A stretch of 64,000 nt of DNA. Source: Azolla caroliniana. Taxonomy: Eukaryota > Plantae > Polypodiophyta. Below, piece by piece: positions 38,951 through 52,917 of the stretch. The notes under the pieces are model-generated. The model was not told the DNA's origin. It saw only the letters and a list, made by a program, of their open reading frames with translations, and searched no databases. Position 1 is the stretch's first letter. The number at the start of each line of letters is the position of its first letter. Position numbers and translations under genes: made by a program. The stretch is from contig JBHGNT010000017.1 of NCBI GenBank assembly GCA_043228905.1, positions 3,906,001 through 3,970,000 of the forward strand, read 5' to 3'.

Positions 38951-40658
38951 CAAGTTCTTTTGGTGGTTCATGTGAGTCTTATACTATCTATGGGATAGAT
39001 AATAGGGGTGAGCCCAAGGCATGTATTGGACTTGGGATCTTTAAAGTTTTTCATGACTTTAATGCTACAATATAAACCACCAAGCATAGACACACACATG
39101 TGTGCACCCCTATTAGCCTTATAACACCTTAGAAAATCACCTTCCCATAAGATTCTCGGAATTATAGCAAGGAAGCCAATGTTTCCTTGTGTGTGTTGCC
39201 TTGTCGTTTTAATTTATACATCAGTTTTACAAAAACAGAAAGAAACAAAGATTATATAGGAGTTGACATCTAATCAACCCAAAGGATTGTCTTGCACTTG
39301 AATGTCCAATCAACTCCATTGGTGCCCATAATGGAACAACAAAGTACTAGCACAATCTAAGATATGTGAACACCTTTACAATGAAGTAACAACATAACCC
39401 AAAATATTGTACAACTACTAGATGAAAATCATGCAACCACCCTAGCCTTTCATATTAATTCTACAATCTTGAGTTTTGTTATGGTGACATCATTTGCTTA
39501 CCTTGATTAGTCGAAGGTAAAACATTGATATTGGAATTGTACCTGGGAAATTCTTGCTATGGTTGAATAGAGAATATAATGTTGTAGATGGGCATATCAA
39601 GATGTTAGGTGTCCTTTCACTGTTGCACTTTGTCCGTGTCTCAATCTCCAATGTTTCATCACACTTCCATCATTTGACTCCAATTTTAGCTTTCAATATG
39701 TGAGCATTTATTAACAATGCTATTATTTTTCAGAGCTAGGTCTCATATGGTGGTTTGTAAAGGCATAGTTCATGGAACAAATTGCTATCATGAAGTCTCA
39801 AAATACTACTCGAATAACTCAAGACAATTATATAATTGGGGATGTTTTTGTTATCTACTTTGTGCAAAAATGTATCTTTGATGTAAGATAACTTCGACAA
39901 AATTTGACGTTACAGTATCTTGTAAAATTAACTAGATTTAACCATGAGAACTCCTCCTAATTCATGTTAACAAGGCTTTCCAAGCCCTTAAACTAGTTGA
40001 TATTTACCATCGATCCCTCATATTTACTTTCAATGATCATTGTTCATTTGACGCTTGAGTATGAATCTCCATGGCACTATGATGTTAGAATACTTTGAAG
40101 CAATGATTGGAATTTGGACGGTTAAAAAAGATAAAATTGTTATTTTTTGTTACGTTAGGGTTGTTAACTACACCATCTAGAGACATTGCCCTTTGGATAA
40201 GGATGATAATTTCATCAAGTAAACTAGGGAATTTTTAAAGGGATAAAATTTGGTGTGTGGAAATGCTGGGTCCACATAAAGTTTCTTATGTAATGCATGT
40301 GTAATGGTGAGCAATGCTTTCACATTGTGCTTTAACATGGGTCCTGCTTGTCTTTTATCACATATGTGTCATTTCTTTTTGAATGAGACAATTTTCTACC
40401 CAATGTACATTGATTTTGTCTTTTGGGTATATAATAGGACAATATAAATTCTTCAAAGACATAAGCTAACTCATATCCAATTTCTTTGACATCAAAATAT
40501 AACCATTCTTCTTTTGCGGGTCTCGATATAATATAAAAAGATATAGGGTACTTGCAACATGGCGAGTCCAACAAAAACTACCCTTGCAAATACACACCAC
40601 TATACTACGAAACAAAGGTGTGCCATATGACATATGGTAAATTACATCTATCATATGG

Positions 40659-40880
40659 CCTTTAGTTTAGAAATCAGTTGAGATATTCCTTCAAAATCTT
40701 CAATTGTATATTATCGCGTCTCTCGTTAAAAATCTAGTTTCCTTCGTGTGTGCTATCCACATCCACCTTTTAGTTTAGAAATTAGTTGAGATGTTCCTTC
40801 AAAATCTTCAATTGTATATTATCGTGTCTCTCATTAAAAATCTAGTTTCCTTCATGTGTGCTATCCACATCCACCTTTTA
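40659..40880. repeat. Tandem duplication of ~110 bp
   Basis: Two copies of tttagtttagaaat...ctatccacatccacctttta. Confidence 0.9.
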
Positions 40881-41480
40881 GGGCTTCTCTAAATTCTATC
40901 CTTATTTCCCTTTACAAATTTGGTTTTTGTTAACTTTGTCAATATCCCCTAGATATTTATCAAAGCCATAAGTAATATACTTATGTCCTTCAAAGCCATA
41001 AGGACCCACATAAACAAACATAATTAGACTAAGACCGATAGTTAGGCCACATGATACCATATGCAAAAGTCATTGAAATACATTCACAAAGTCATCATCC
41101 TTAACAAAACATATTTGCATGTGCTTGACTCGTTTTAGGTGACTATATTTCAATCACACAATAGGCCAAGTGTAGGCCTTGCGATGATTTTGTCCCAAAA
41201 TTTTAAGAGTATGTATGCTAAAAGAAGATGATAAAACAATGGATGTAAATTGCATTACCATTTATTAATAGATGTACTTTGAATATGCTACCAAATACAA
41301 TATGATGATAATTTATCTTCCAACTCATCAATTACATCAACTATTAAGTATATGATCTCACTTCTTCAAGGAAATATTGAAAGACTTTATTTCAATCAAA
41401 TAAGATGTCTTACAAAAGTTTGGTTGGCAGTGACAAATTGAACTCTATCGGTTTATTGTTCTCTTGTTTTTTAGTAACAC

Positions 41481-43792
41481 TTTTATTACTAGTGGGAAAC
41501 CTCAAAGTGAGGTGAAAACCCACAAAGAATAAAGAGAAATATAGAAGTGTCGATTAAACATGAAAGAGCTTAAAAGCCCTCAAAGTAAAGAGTGTAAATT
41601 TGCAATGTGATGTCTCTAAGTTGCAGACAATCCAATAGAGATTGTTTGAGGGATTGGTTAAACAAGCTAGCTTCATGCAGTTGGTTGTGATCAAAGACCT
41701 TAGTATTGCGGCCCATCCAAATGGTCCAGAGTGCCCAAAATCTTGTCCATTGGAGAAAATAGGCATTGCTTGATAGGGTTCACCGAATTTGTCCAAATAG
41801 CCAAAAGTGTTTCCCAAACCTTTGGCTAGGAAATCTGTGAGAAAGAGATGCATTGAATCTTTGTACAAATATTGTAGCGAATGAGCAAGTCCATAATAAG
41901 TGTGGCACTGCTTCCAATCATCCACCACATCTTGCACAATGCGGCGAGGCTATCGATCTCTTTTGAAGATTTGACCCAGTCGGGAGCACACCCAATAGGC
42001 ATCTCCATAGGAATACCCGTTGCTTAAGTGGAAGACCAACGTTCCATAAGCTTGTAAGCCATTTTTTCCACCAAGACTGTGTTTTGTGTATGTGCCACAA
42101 TGCATTTGCATGTTCGTGAAACCACGGGTGAAGTTGCAACAACATATACACTAAATGTGTTGTAATCTTATTCATTGGAATAACAATGTTTCCTATTTGT
42201 AACATCCAATCCTGAATCTTGCGATCTCCATTTAGAGGTGACATGTACTAAAGAAAGTACCACCTCTGTGACTTGATTCCAGATAACGCGATGATGTGAC
42301 CCAAGACTATAATGACATGTCATGTCATTGCAGCCTAATAGGTGACCTTGGTCATTTACCGCATCTGGAATTTATTTCAACCCCGTCTTTGTTAAAAATT
42401 AAGCTTTCCTAGGCTCTTGTTCAACTAGTGATCGTGGAATATCTAGCACTCCAATGTAAGCTTTCGAGGCATAATGAGTTCCCTAATCATGAATTCTTAC
42501 CTCTCCATTTTATGAGGTGCAATACTTCCTTCCAGTGCTTTAGAAGCTTTGAGCTAAATGGACAACGTTTGATGTGCCCGTCAAGCTTTCCAAACACTAC
42601 ATCCCATTTTTGGAGAGAAAATAAAAACACTACATCCCAATGGTTAGTATCCCATGAGCCAAATGACTTAGTTTTCAAATTAACAAACATATCTGATAGC
42701 ATTCTAGCCCAAGTCAATGTTTGTTCAATAAATTTTGGCAATAAAGTAGCTTTCTAGCCAACATATGCAACTGCAAATTAAGAATATTTAACCCTCCACA
42801 TAATTGTGGTGTGCATATCTTTTCTAGTGATAAGAGTCGTACACCTCCACGTGACTACTTAGAGCACCAAAAGTTGCTTATGATTTCTGAATTAATCTTT
42901 TGTATCATGCATTTCAGCCAATCAATCATAATTAAGTAATATTGCATGTAAGCATGAATATAGATTGCACTATCCTCAATCTACATGGAGTGGCCATGTT
43001 GCAATATTCCAATAGCTTAGCTTTTGTCTCACTTTTTACAGAACCCATTCAACCTTTCCTTTGCATGTTGCATTCCATCCCAATGGATAACCAAGATGTC
43101 TAACAATTTCATTTGGGCTAACAACTTGACCTGGCCACAAAAGTTGATGCCAACTATATGATGTCAAGGGTTGGAGTTTGGACTTGCTGATGTTAACATG
43201 TAGTCCTGCAACTAATCCATACAATTTGAGGGCATCCATAATCACTCTCATATCATTTGGATTGTTTTGTGACAAGAATGATGTATCATCTACATATGCT
43301 TGAGCCACGAAATCATGTTCGTCTTTCATTTGTAAACCGTGAAGTTGACCAACTGATACTAGATGATCCATGTACAATAGTAGTGGATGAGTTGCAATTG
43401 CATACAATAATGCACTTATAGGACAACCTTGTCATATTGATTTGGCTAAGCTCCATGAATATGACAATTCACCATCAATAATGCATGAAGATATGCTAGA
43501 CCCATAAAGACAATAGATTACTTGAGACATTTTTGGGTCAAATCCTAGTTTGACCATTGTATCTACCACAAAATCCCATTGCATGGTATCAAAGGCCTTT
43601 TCAATGTCAATTTGCATGATCAATACATCTTGTTTGGTGTATCTGGCATACTCCATTCCAATATAGGCATTCACAATATTATCTGTAATTTGCCTTCGTG
43701 GAATGAACCCGTACTGGTTTATGTGTATGCCTCCCAACATAGTGTCCTTAATACAATTAACAATCATCTTTGCAATAAGTTTATAGATTACT
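41481..43792 (-). mobile_element. L1-type LINE, ORF2 3' half (RT plus zf-RVT), degenerate
   Basis: Motifs QYGFIPRRQITDN, IDIEKAFD, AYVDDT, HLGYPLG and WRCLLGVLPT...CARC. A-rich 3' end near 41481. The 5' part is cut off by the LTR at 43793. Confidence 0.9.
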
Positions 43793-44889
43793 TGTTAAGA
43801 GTCTATTACTAATCAATAGAACAATAAAGTAAAATAAGGTAAATATATTGGATAGAAGAACCCGTTCCACCCGACCACTCCCGAGCTATGATCAAGACAT
43901 AGCCAAACTACCATAGACATCCCATACCGCTAGATATTAGGATGACTAATACCTTGGAAAAGATTAACACGATTGTTGTGATGAAAGCCTAGCCCGCACC
44001 AGTGGTGTCTAAGACAACAACCTTCCAACGTAATGTTATTGTTAAGAAACAAGCTCAACAAAAGGATGTGGTGCTTATTGGGAAATAAGATATTCTATAG
44101 TAGCTATTAGGAAATTAGCTACTAGTGGACATATTGGTAAAACAACTATTTAGCTATTCACAACTATTTAGCTAGTCACAGCTAATTAGTTGCATATGTA
44201 AGTCACTTATATACTTAGGTAAAAAAGTAAGAGAAGAGTGAGAGTAGTTGTAAGAGGAGACGAGAGAGGTTTCTCTCTACGTGTAATGAAATAGAAGCTT
44301 TTGGGTTGCTACAGAGGTAAGTCTCCTGCCCCCTTCCTTTTTTTTCTTGAGCATATGAAACGATCCAACGCATCACAATCCGCTGTGCATTAAGAAGAGC
44401 CGGAGTGCCTTTGTAACACTTATGAGGGTAGCTAAGCCTCATATTTATACATCTCCCTAGGCCCCTTGAATAGACATGTCTTTCTAAACATTCCCTTTTT
44501 AACATTAGTGAACATACCCTTCATTTATGTAAATATTAGTGACCTACCCTCACCTACATTATGTGTTCATAACATACTCCCCTACTTCAAAAGATTGCAC
44601 TCTTGAAATATAAAGTGAGGAAATTGTGCCTTAAGAGTATGCTCGCGTTCCCATGTGGGTTTATCCATCCATTTGATCTTGAATAGCCGAATCTCTTTAG
44701 AATGTAAAAGTTTAGTACGAGAATCAAGAATTCATTCCGGAACATGAGGTTTGCAAGAAAAATCCTCTAATGTTACAAGATCCTAGACTATGATGGTTTT
44801 ATCACCAAAACCTAAAAATGGTTTTAGATGACTAACGTGAAAAACCGGATGAATATGAATGTTACGGGGTAAGGCAAGGTGATAAGCAT
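43793..44889 (-). mobile_element. 3' end of a Ty3/Gypsy chromovirus (3' LTR, PPT, IN C-terminus/chromodomain), inserted in the LINE
   Basis: LTR 43793-44574 (TGTTA...TAACA); PPT 44575-44586. The minus strand encodes AYHLALP..IHPVFHVSHLKPF and FKIKW...PTWERE...AQFP. Confidence 0.8.
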
Positions 44890-46001
44890 ATGATAAGAAA
44901 ATGCCGCTGGAACTCGTGCCTATAGATGTATGCTATGTGGATTCAAAGTCACATGTTGGTTCACAATATTTTGTGACCTTCATTGATGATAGTAGCCGGA
45001 AGTTGTGGGCTTCCGCTTGGAAAATGAAGGACTAGGTGTTATCCGTTTTCAAGGAGTTCCAAACGAGAGCCGAGAGAGAAACTAGCCGAAAATTGAAGGC
45101 AGTCCGAGCGGACAATGGAGGAGAGTACCGAGGGAAATTTGAGGAGTATTGTTGATCGAAGGGAATTTGACTCTCGAATACACCGTGCCCAAGACGCCAA
45201 AGCTTAACGGACTGGCCGAGACGATGAACCGGGCCATCATGGAGAGGGTCTGAAGTATGCTAGCACATGCGAAATTGGCCAAGATGTTTTGGGCTAAGGC
45301 GTTGATGACTACAATGTACATGATTAACATATCACCCTCAACACCCTTGGACGGAGATGTTCCACAGAGCGTGTGGACCGGCAAAGACGTATCGTACCGA
45401 CACTTGAGGGTGTTTGACTGTCTTGCCTATGTGCATGTGGCTAAGGACCAAAGGGGAAAATTGGATCCAAAATCTCAGCCATGCATATTTCTCGGCTACA
45501 ATGATGATGAATTCAGTTACCGGCTATGAGACCTAACCGACAAAAAGGTTTTCCAGAGCCGAGACATAGTCTTCATGGAGGAGAAGACTATTGCCGACTG
45601 GGAGAAGAAGTTGAACACATCCCCCCGAATAGTCGTAAGTCGACAACCGACTAAGGAACAAGGAGACTCGACCAAATTCGGACTAGTAGTTGGTTCGGTC
45701 AGAGGTCAGTCGGGAGTTGGAGTCGGAACCGACGAGGAAGAAGAAGCAGCCAATTCCAACCCAGATGAAGAACTAGTCGACGGAGAAGAAGAAAATCCTA
45801 GAGAACCGATTGAGGAAATCAAAAGGAATATATGTTGCTAACTGACGATGGGAAGCTGGAAAGCTTTGAGGAAACAAAGAAAGACACCCACAACAGAGAG
45901 TGGCTAAGTGCCATGCAGGACGAGATGGATTCCCTACATGAGAACCACATGTATGAATTGACGGAGTTGTTGAAAGGGAAGAGAGCACTCCGAAACAAGT
46001 G
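44890..46001 (+). mobile_element. Internal fragment of a Copia related to element C (IN to start of RT), without LTRs
   Basis: MLAHAKLAKMFWA, GKLDPKSQPCIFLGY and LLTDDGKLESFEE...KGKRALRNK, all closely similar to C. Confidence 0.85.
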
Positions 46002-46988
46002 CTTGGTTCGCTTGCATCGGTGTAGTGGACATAATCCATGCACATTTGATAGAACTTTGTCGGCCTTCAAACTTGTTCGGATCTCTTGGTGCAATGATCG
46101 GTTCGGATCCTTCGATTGGCTCTGTCAGTCGATCGGCATTTGTTGAACCACTTATGTCAGGAGTCCTATTGTATGACTCACCCTTGTAACGGGATTTCGA
46201 CGATGTCATGTCATCCTCCCTTGTTGCGGGATCGATTGACTTGAAGATAGGCGGCTTAGCCGACTCATGTCGACTTTTCTCCTTAGCCTTTTTGGGTGTG
46301 TCGGCTGAATCAACTCTGCCTTTTTCAACTTGACACTTATGGGTTTTGCCTATCTCAACTCTTGTCGATTCGGCTTTGCCTTGTTTGGTCAGTGTTGATC
46401 TTGTCAATCTCTTAGTCGAGTTTGTTTCGACTAGTGGACCTCTTGCTGATTCAGAGTCGGCAGGTGTATTGTCTTCTTGGTCGAGTTCGATTGTTTGTCG
46501 AATCTCTAATTCGGCTTGGTGGGTCGATCTTTCTATGATGTCGCCGTTGATATCGAAGGATACCTTTTTACCAACTATTTTCTGTTGGTTCCTCTTAGAG
46601 AGAATAGAGTCTTCATTGAAGACTATATCACTACTCCGAATCAATTTTTGGTTCTCTGGGTCCCATAGCCTGTAGCCGAATTCCCCATCGGTTCCATAAC
46701 TGAGAAATATGCATTTTGTTGCATGGGGTGCCAACTTGGTCCTTTTCTCCCTAGGGATGAATGCGTAGGCTTCGCATCCGAATATACGGAGCCTATCGTA
46801 GGTTGGCTATTTGCCTGACCATAGTTCCTATGGCACTTTGAGCCTGATTGCTTTCGACGGCAATAGATTGATAAGATATACTGTTGTCTGCAATGCTTTG
46901 GCCTAGAACTCCAACTTTCGTCTGGTTTGCTGGAGCATTGTCGTCATCCTCTCCTGGATTGTTCGGTTGATCCGTTCAGCCACCCCAT

Positions 46989-49900
46989 TGTTGTAGACAA
47001 GGCCGTCAATGCGGAAGATCAAGTAGCATTCGATTGGGGTTGAGTACCTGCGTGTGACAGTTTCTGAGATCGTGCGCAGAGATAGAGAGAGAGAGAGAGA
47101 GAGGAGGCACAAAAGACTCTTTCTATTCAATAGAAACAATAATACAACCAATAATACAACCAACCTTACAAAAAGGTTACTAGGTCACTTTATATAGTGA
47201 CAAACTTAGGGCAACTACCATTTATGCTAATTACACAAATGGCCCAAACTTGAGCTATACAAAAGGGATAGTGTGAATACGTCCATTATACACTTGTATT
47301 CGACACTCCCCCGTAATGGGCGTATACATGGGTTATCTAAGATTACAGGTATAAACCTAGGTTCTCGGACATATCAGTTTTGTTCGAGTCGGCAGGGTCC
47401 GAAGGCAGAAGACCGGACTGGTCGGGTCGGAAGAGTTGAAGCCGATCATTAGGGAACTGATGTCGGTTGTCTGAAACCATCCTGCGCTGTGTCCGGCTCT
47501 AACCGGACTGGTTTGTCGTTACGCCCATCTGATGCCGAAGGGACTGAAAGCGGTCTGCCGAAAGACACTTGGTCATTCCATCTGCGACATTGTCGGTTGT
47601 GGATATTTTCTCTAGACCGATTTTCCCTGAAATGACGCAGTCCCGAACGAAGTGATATCGAACGTCGATATGTTTGGAGGCGTTGTGGTGAACCGGATTT
47701 CTCGACAAGGCAACAGCACCTTGACTGTCGCTATAGACAACTAGAGCCGAGTCATGGTCGATTTGCCGAAACGTGTGCGCCAGCCGGCCGAGCCACAAAG
47801 CTTCTTTTGCAGCGTCGGACGCAGCTACATATTCTGCTTCGGTCGTTGAGGTCGCTGTGCACTCCTGAAGTTTCGACTTCCACGAAATTGCTCCATTGCC
47901 GAATTTGAAGCAGTATCCGGTTGTTGATTTCCGACTGTCTATACAACCGGCGAAGTCCGAGTCGGTGTAACCGACAACACCCGAGGTCGAGTTCGGACCG
48001 AAAAGAATGCCGTGGTCTTTTGTGCCAGCCAGATATTTGAACACATGCTTGACTGCGTTCCAATGCGATCGGCCAGGATTGTGCATAAATCTGCTAACGA
48101 CTCCTACGGCATGAGAGATATCAGGCCGTGTCGCGACCATCAGGTACATAAGGGAGCCGACTACCGGTGCATACGGTACCGACTTCATATCTTCCCCCTC
48201 CGGACCGGATGTCGGGCAGTCTCGCTGAGAGAGCCGAAGATTCATGGGGAGCGGGGTTGAAGCAGATTTGGCTGATTGCATGTTGAAGCGTTCCAAGACA
48301 CGTCCGATATAGTCGGTCTGAGACAAAAAAAGATGTCGTTTATCGCGATACCGACTAATCTTCATGCCAAGTATGTGTCGTGCCGGACCGAGGTCCTTCA
48401 TGGCAAACTTCAACCGCAATTGCCGAATGAGATCGGCAAGTTCGCCCGCGTGGCGTCCAGAAATTAGCATGTCGTCCACGTAAATGATGAGGAAGATGGA
48501 TGATCCATCTTGAGCTGTGTTGGTGAAAAGACAATGGTCCTCATCGCTTTTGGAGAAGCCGATCGATTGGATGAAGTCGTCGAACTTCTTGTACCATTGT
48601 CGCGGTGCCTGTTTGAGGCCGTATAGACTCTTCCTGAGTCGGCAGACTAGATGTTCTTGGCCAGTTGCCACGAAGCCTTTTGGCTGCTCCATATAAATTT
48701 CCTCTTCAGGATCACCATGGAGGAAGGCTGTTTTGACATCTAGCTGAATCAGCTCCAAGTTGTCGGCTGCCACTACGCCGAGTAGAAAACGAAGGGTTGT
48801 CATTTTCACCACTGGTGAAAAAATCTCGTCGAAGTCGACGCCATATTCTTGTCGGAAGCCCTTCACAACTAATCTGGCCTTGTACTTTGGGGTGGTCGAA
48901 TCAGACGTCTCTTTTAGTCGATAAACCCACTTGCAAGGAAGAGCACGTCTATTCTTAGGTAATTCGACCAGATCCCAAGTCTTGTTTGCCCGAATGGAGT
49001 GCATTTCCGACTCCATCGCCAGATGCCAGGTGGCTGAATCGACAGATGTCGATGCTTCTTCGTAAGACGTCGGTTCGCCGGCGTCGGTGAAGAAAATTCC
49101 AGGAGAATACCTCTCCGGAGGTTGCGACAGTCTCTCGGATCGTCGAGGTATGATTGGACTGGTCGTATCGGGTATCGAGGTCGGATGGTCCGAAAGCGGA
49201 TTATTCTACTGTGCCGAGTCAGAGTTGTCCGAGTCGGTAGTGGAAGGTTCAGCTACCCGTGAAGCTGACCGTGTGTTAAGAGCGGGGCCTTCTTGAAGGG
49301 TCGGCACATCGGAAAATGTTACCCTTCGGACTTCGATCGGTGTTTTGACTGATGGATTCATAACCGACTCGTTGAACACAACGTCCGAACTTCGAACAAT
49401 TTGTCTGCGTTCGGGGTCCCAGAGTCGGTATCCCATTTCGCCGTCTGATCCATATCCAAGGAAAATGCATTTCCTGGACCGAGGTGCAAGTTTTCGGCGA
49501 TCATCTTTCGGAATAAGGGCGTACGCCTCGCATCCGAAGATCCTCAGCTTGTCGTAATTCGGCTTACTGCCGATCCATAGTTCCTGAGGAATTTGAAGTC
49601 CTAGAGGTCTGCTTGGCGACATATTGATTATGTGTACGGCCGTGAGTAGAGCCTCTGCCCAGAAGCCATCCGACAGTCCGGAGTGTTGGAGCATGGAAAC
49701 TATCCGTTCTTGGATTGTCCGATTCATGCGTTCTGCAATCCCGTTTTGCTCCGGACTGTGTGGTGCCGTAAATTCACGTCGGATGCCGCGTTGTCGGCAG
49801 AATTTGACGAATTCTTCTGATTTGAACTCTCCCCCATTGTCGGTCCGAAAGCATTTCAGTTTTCGGTCAGTTTGATTTTCTACCATAGCGAGCCAATCGG

Positions 49901-52548
49901 AGAAGATCGAGAAGACACGATCTTTGGTGCGAATTGGATAAGCCCACACCTTTCGAGTCGAATCGTCAATAAAACTGACGAAGTAAGAGGCACCGCCGAG
50001 AGACTGATGCGGCATTGGGCCACAGACGTCCGAGTGGACTAAATCGAGAGGTCTCGTTTCTCTTGGTGCTGATGTCGGGTGTGATGCGGCTGCTTGTTTG
50101 CCATACTGGCAATGTTCGCAAAATTGATGGTCCGAGAAGGAGAGTTTAGGGATGTATCCGGCTCTAGATAGGTGCGTAATGCCGGCCTTGCTGAGGTGTC
50201 CTAATCTTCTGTGCCATAGTGATGACACAGGAATATCCACCAAAAACAGGTTACCCTCTCTGAGCGTAACATGTAACGGATACAATGAGTGTATCTTGGG
50301 TCCTCTAGCAAGCAGGAGGTTCCCCCTGTGGAGTGTCCACCCTCCCGAAGAAAAACCGGCACGAATGCCGTCTTCATCTAGTTGTCCGACTGAGATCAAT
50401 GGCCTTGAGAGCTCGGGTACATGTCGGACATTGTGAAGTACAAGTGTAGAGCCACCTGCAAGGTTGAGCTCTACTGTGCCGATTCCAATGATGTCACAGT
50501 GTTGCGAGTTGCCGACTCGAACTGAGTCGGAGTGACGGATCGTATATTGCCGAAATTGGGATCGATGAGGAGTCACGTGAAATGACGCGCCCGAATCTAA
50601 GAGCCATGTGCTCGATTCTTCAGTCGTGAGCAGAACTTCTGATCCGACTGGATTTCCGTTCGATAGTATATTCGGGTCGTTTGGTAGCAAATCAGCTGAG
50701 AAGCTGACGTAGTTGATCTCCTCATGCCGGCCACTCTTCTTGTCTGATTTCTGAGACTTGTCGTTCTTGTTCTTGAGTGCGCGGCAGTCGGCTTTGATGT
50801 GTCCGGGTTTCTTGCAATAGTTGCAGATTCGATTATCCCGTGACTGGCTCCGTCTTCGCTGATTGTTCGGCTGCCGTGCGGAATCTCTTCCTCGTATGTT
50901 CGATCGTTCTGTCGAACCTTGTACTACATAAGCGTCGTCTATTGAGTCTTTGGCGAAAGACTTTCTCCGAGCTGCTTCGGTCAGGATTGCGCTCGTGACT
51001 TCAGAGTATTTAACAGCCGTGGTTGACGCGTTGCACACGGTTGTGACGAAAGTTTCCCATGATGAGGGAAGGCTGCTCATGAGTATCATTGCTCTGAGTT
51101 CATCCTCGATTGCCGTCCCCTGAGATGAGATTTGGGAGCTTATGCTTTCGTACTCATTGAGATGTGTTTGAACCGAATCTGATTCTTTCATCCGCAAGTT
51201 GTAGAGGCGCCGAATCAGAAACATCTTCGTTGCAGTGACCTTCTTTTCGTAGGTGTCCGACAGTGTTTTCCACAGTTCGAATGCTGTCGTACACGATTGC
51301 ACCGTAAAGTATACCGATTCCGATAGGTGCATCCGAATCGTGGCGCGGACGATTCTGTCCAGCTTCTGCCACTCAATTGGTTTGTATCCTTTTGGAGGTT
51401 CTTCATTTTCGATGGGATCGATTTGCCCCTTGACTATGAGATAGTCCTGCATTTGCTCCTTCCAGAAGTTGAAGTTCGATCCATCGAACTTTCGTAGATT
51501 CATTTCTGACGAGCCGGATGTTGATGCCATCAAATTTGGTTTCGGTTGACGAAGCTCGGTTCGGAGTTGACTACGAACCTTGTTGGAGTGCAGCCGGTTG
51601 GCTCACCCGATATCGTTCTAGTCGGATTTGAACCCGAGTCGGTTCGGCTTCGGATATATGTATTGTTGAACTTGCTCGAATTGACTCCGGTAACTTGAGG
51701 GACAGAACCGACTGGTCTTCCCGAATGTTGCCGAGTCAGAGTGAGCCCGGTTCGCTTCCGAATATATATGCCAAATACCGATTATTGAAACCGATTGTCT
51801 GGACCGATTCTGCTTCGGGTGACTGCAGCGACGAGAGAGACGGATCCAACTGATCCTCCCGAATGTCGATCAGCCGGATGAAGCACGAATTTGGGTTGTT
51901 GTCTTGAGACCGATCTGCACCGAGTGGTTACAATGAGCGGCGAGCAGCGTTTGATGACCTCTTCGGATGCCGTTTAACCGAGTGGAGCACGATCGTGTCA
52001 ATGTTGCACAAGGGGATTTCACCTCGAGCGGTTACGATCACAAGGAACAGAGTACAACCGGCTGGCTTACTCCAAGCGAAGATGATCTAACGCGATGAGA
52101 TGCAAGCCTCGTTTTTCTTCTTCTTCTCTCTTCTTCGAATGACGCAAGAAACCGAATGCTGTGCAGGCTGAGACGACGGCCGACAGCGGGTTGAGGAACC
52201 GAGTACTGTGCAGGCTCTGATACCAGATGTTGTAGACAAGGCCGTCAATGCGGAAGATCAAGTAGCATTCGATTGGGGTTGAGTACCTGCGTGTGACAGT
52301 TTCTGAGATCGTGCGCAGAGATAGAGAGAGAGAGAGAGAGAGAGAGGAGGCACAAAAGACTCTTTCTATTCAATAGAAACAATAATACAACCAATAATAC
52401 AACCAACCTTACAAAAAGGTTACTAGGTCACTTTATATAGTGACAAACTTAGGGCAACTACCATTTATGCTAATTACACAAATGGCCCAAACTTGAGCTA
52501 TACAAAAGGGATAGTGTGAATACGTCCATTATACACTTGTATTCGACA
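46989..52548 (-). mobile_element. Ty1/Copia element E (Tork/Tnt1-like), very recent insertion
   Basis: LTRs 46989-47305 and 52228-52548, identical by eye except for (AG)n length; perfect TSD CCCAT; iMet PBS 52214-52225; PPT 47306-47313. Confidence 0.97.
47499..51533 (-). CDS. gag-pol: Gag-Pol polyprotein of E, with a single in-frame TAG at 49206-49208
   Basis: ORFs 49206..51533 (gag, CCHC, PR DSGAS, IN) and 47499..49016 (RT IYVDD, RNase H) are in the same frame. They are joined by 63 open codons after the TAG. Confidence 0.92.
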
Positions 52549-52917
52549 CCCATTTTGCATGGGTGTGTATGGAACAATCTTTTGGTGTTGGATCCCCTTG
52601 TCAGACAAGTACTGTTTGAAGGCTCGGGAGGTGTATTCCCCTCCATTGTTGGATCAGAGTGTCTTCACTCTATATCCTGACCAGTTCTCCACTTCACCTA
52701 TCCATCAAGTGAAGACCTTGAGCACTTCGTATTTCGATCTAATCGAATAGTCCTAGACTTTCTGTGTACAATCATCTACAAATATGATGAAGTATCGGGA
52801 GCCTCCTAGTGATCGCTCAAGCATCAACCCACATATATATATATATGTATGGATCGGCCCTAGGGCCTTTTGCCATCTCATAATGGAGAGAGTGCGAACT
52901 TCAGGTCTGTTTCCTAT

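Noticed and set aside
39400-40650. Possible decayed DNA-transposon coding sequence
   Set aside because: Only short ORFs with no motif I can recognise.
49206-49208. Programmed stop-codon readthrough in element E
   Set aside because: The context CAG-TAG-AAT lacks the CARYYA readthrough signal, and the position (IN-RT linker) is atypical. A point mutation is simpler unless the stop is shared by all copies.
52832-52849. (AT)n run within the integrase of H
   Set aside because: Ordinary microsatellite slippage in a dead element.
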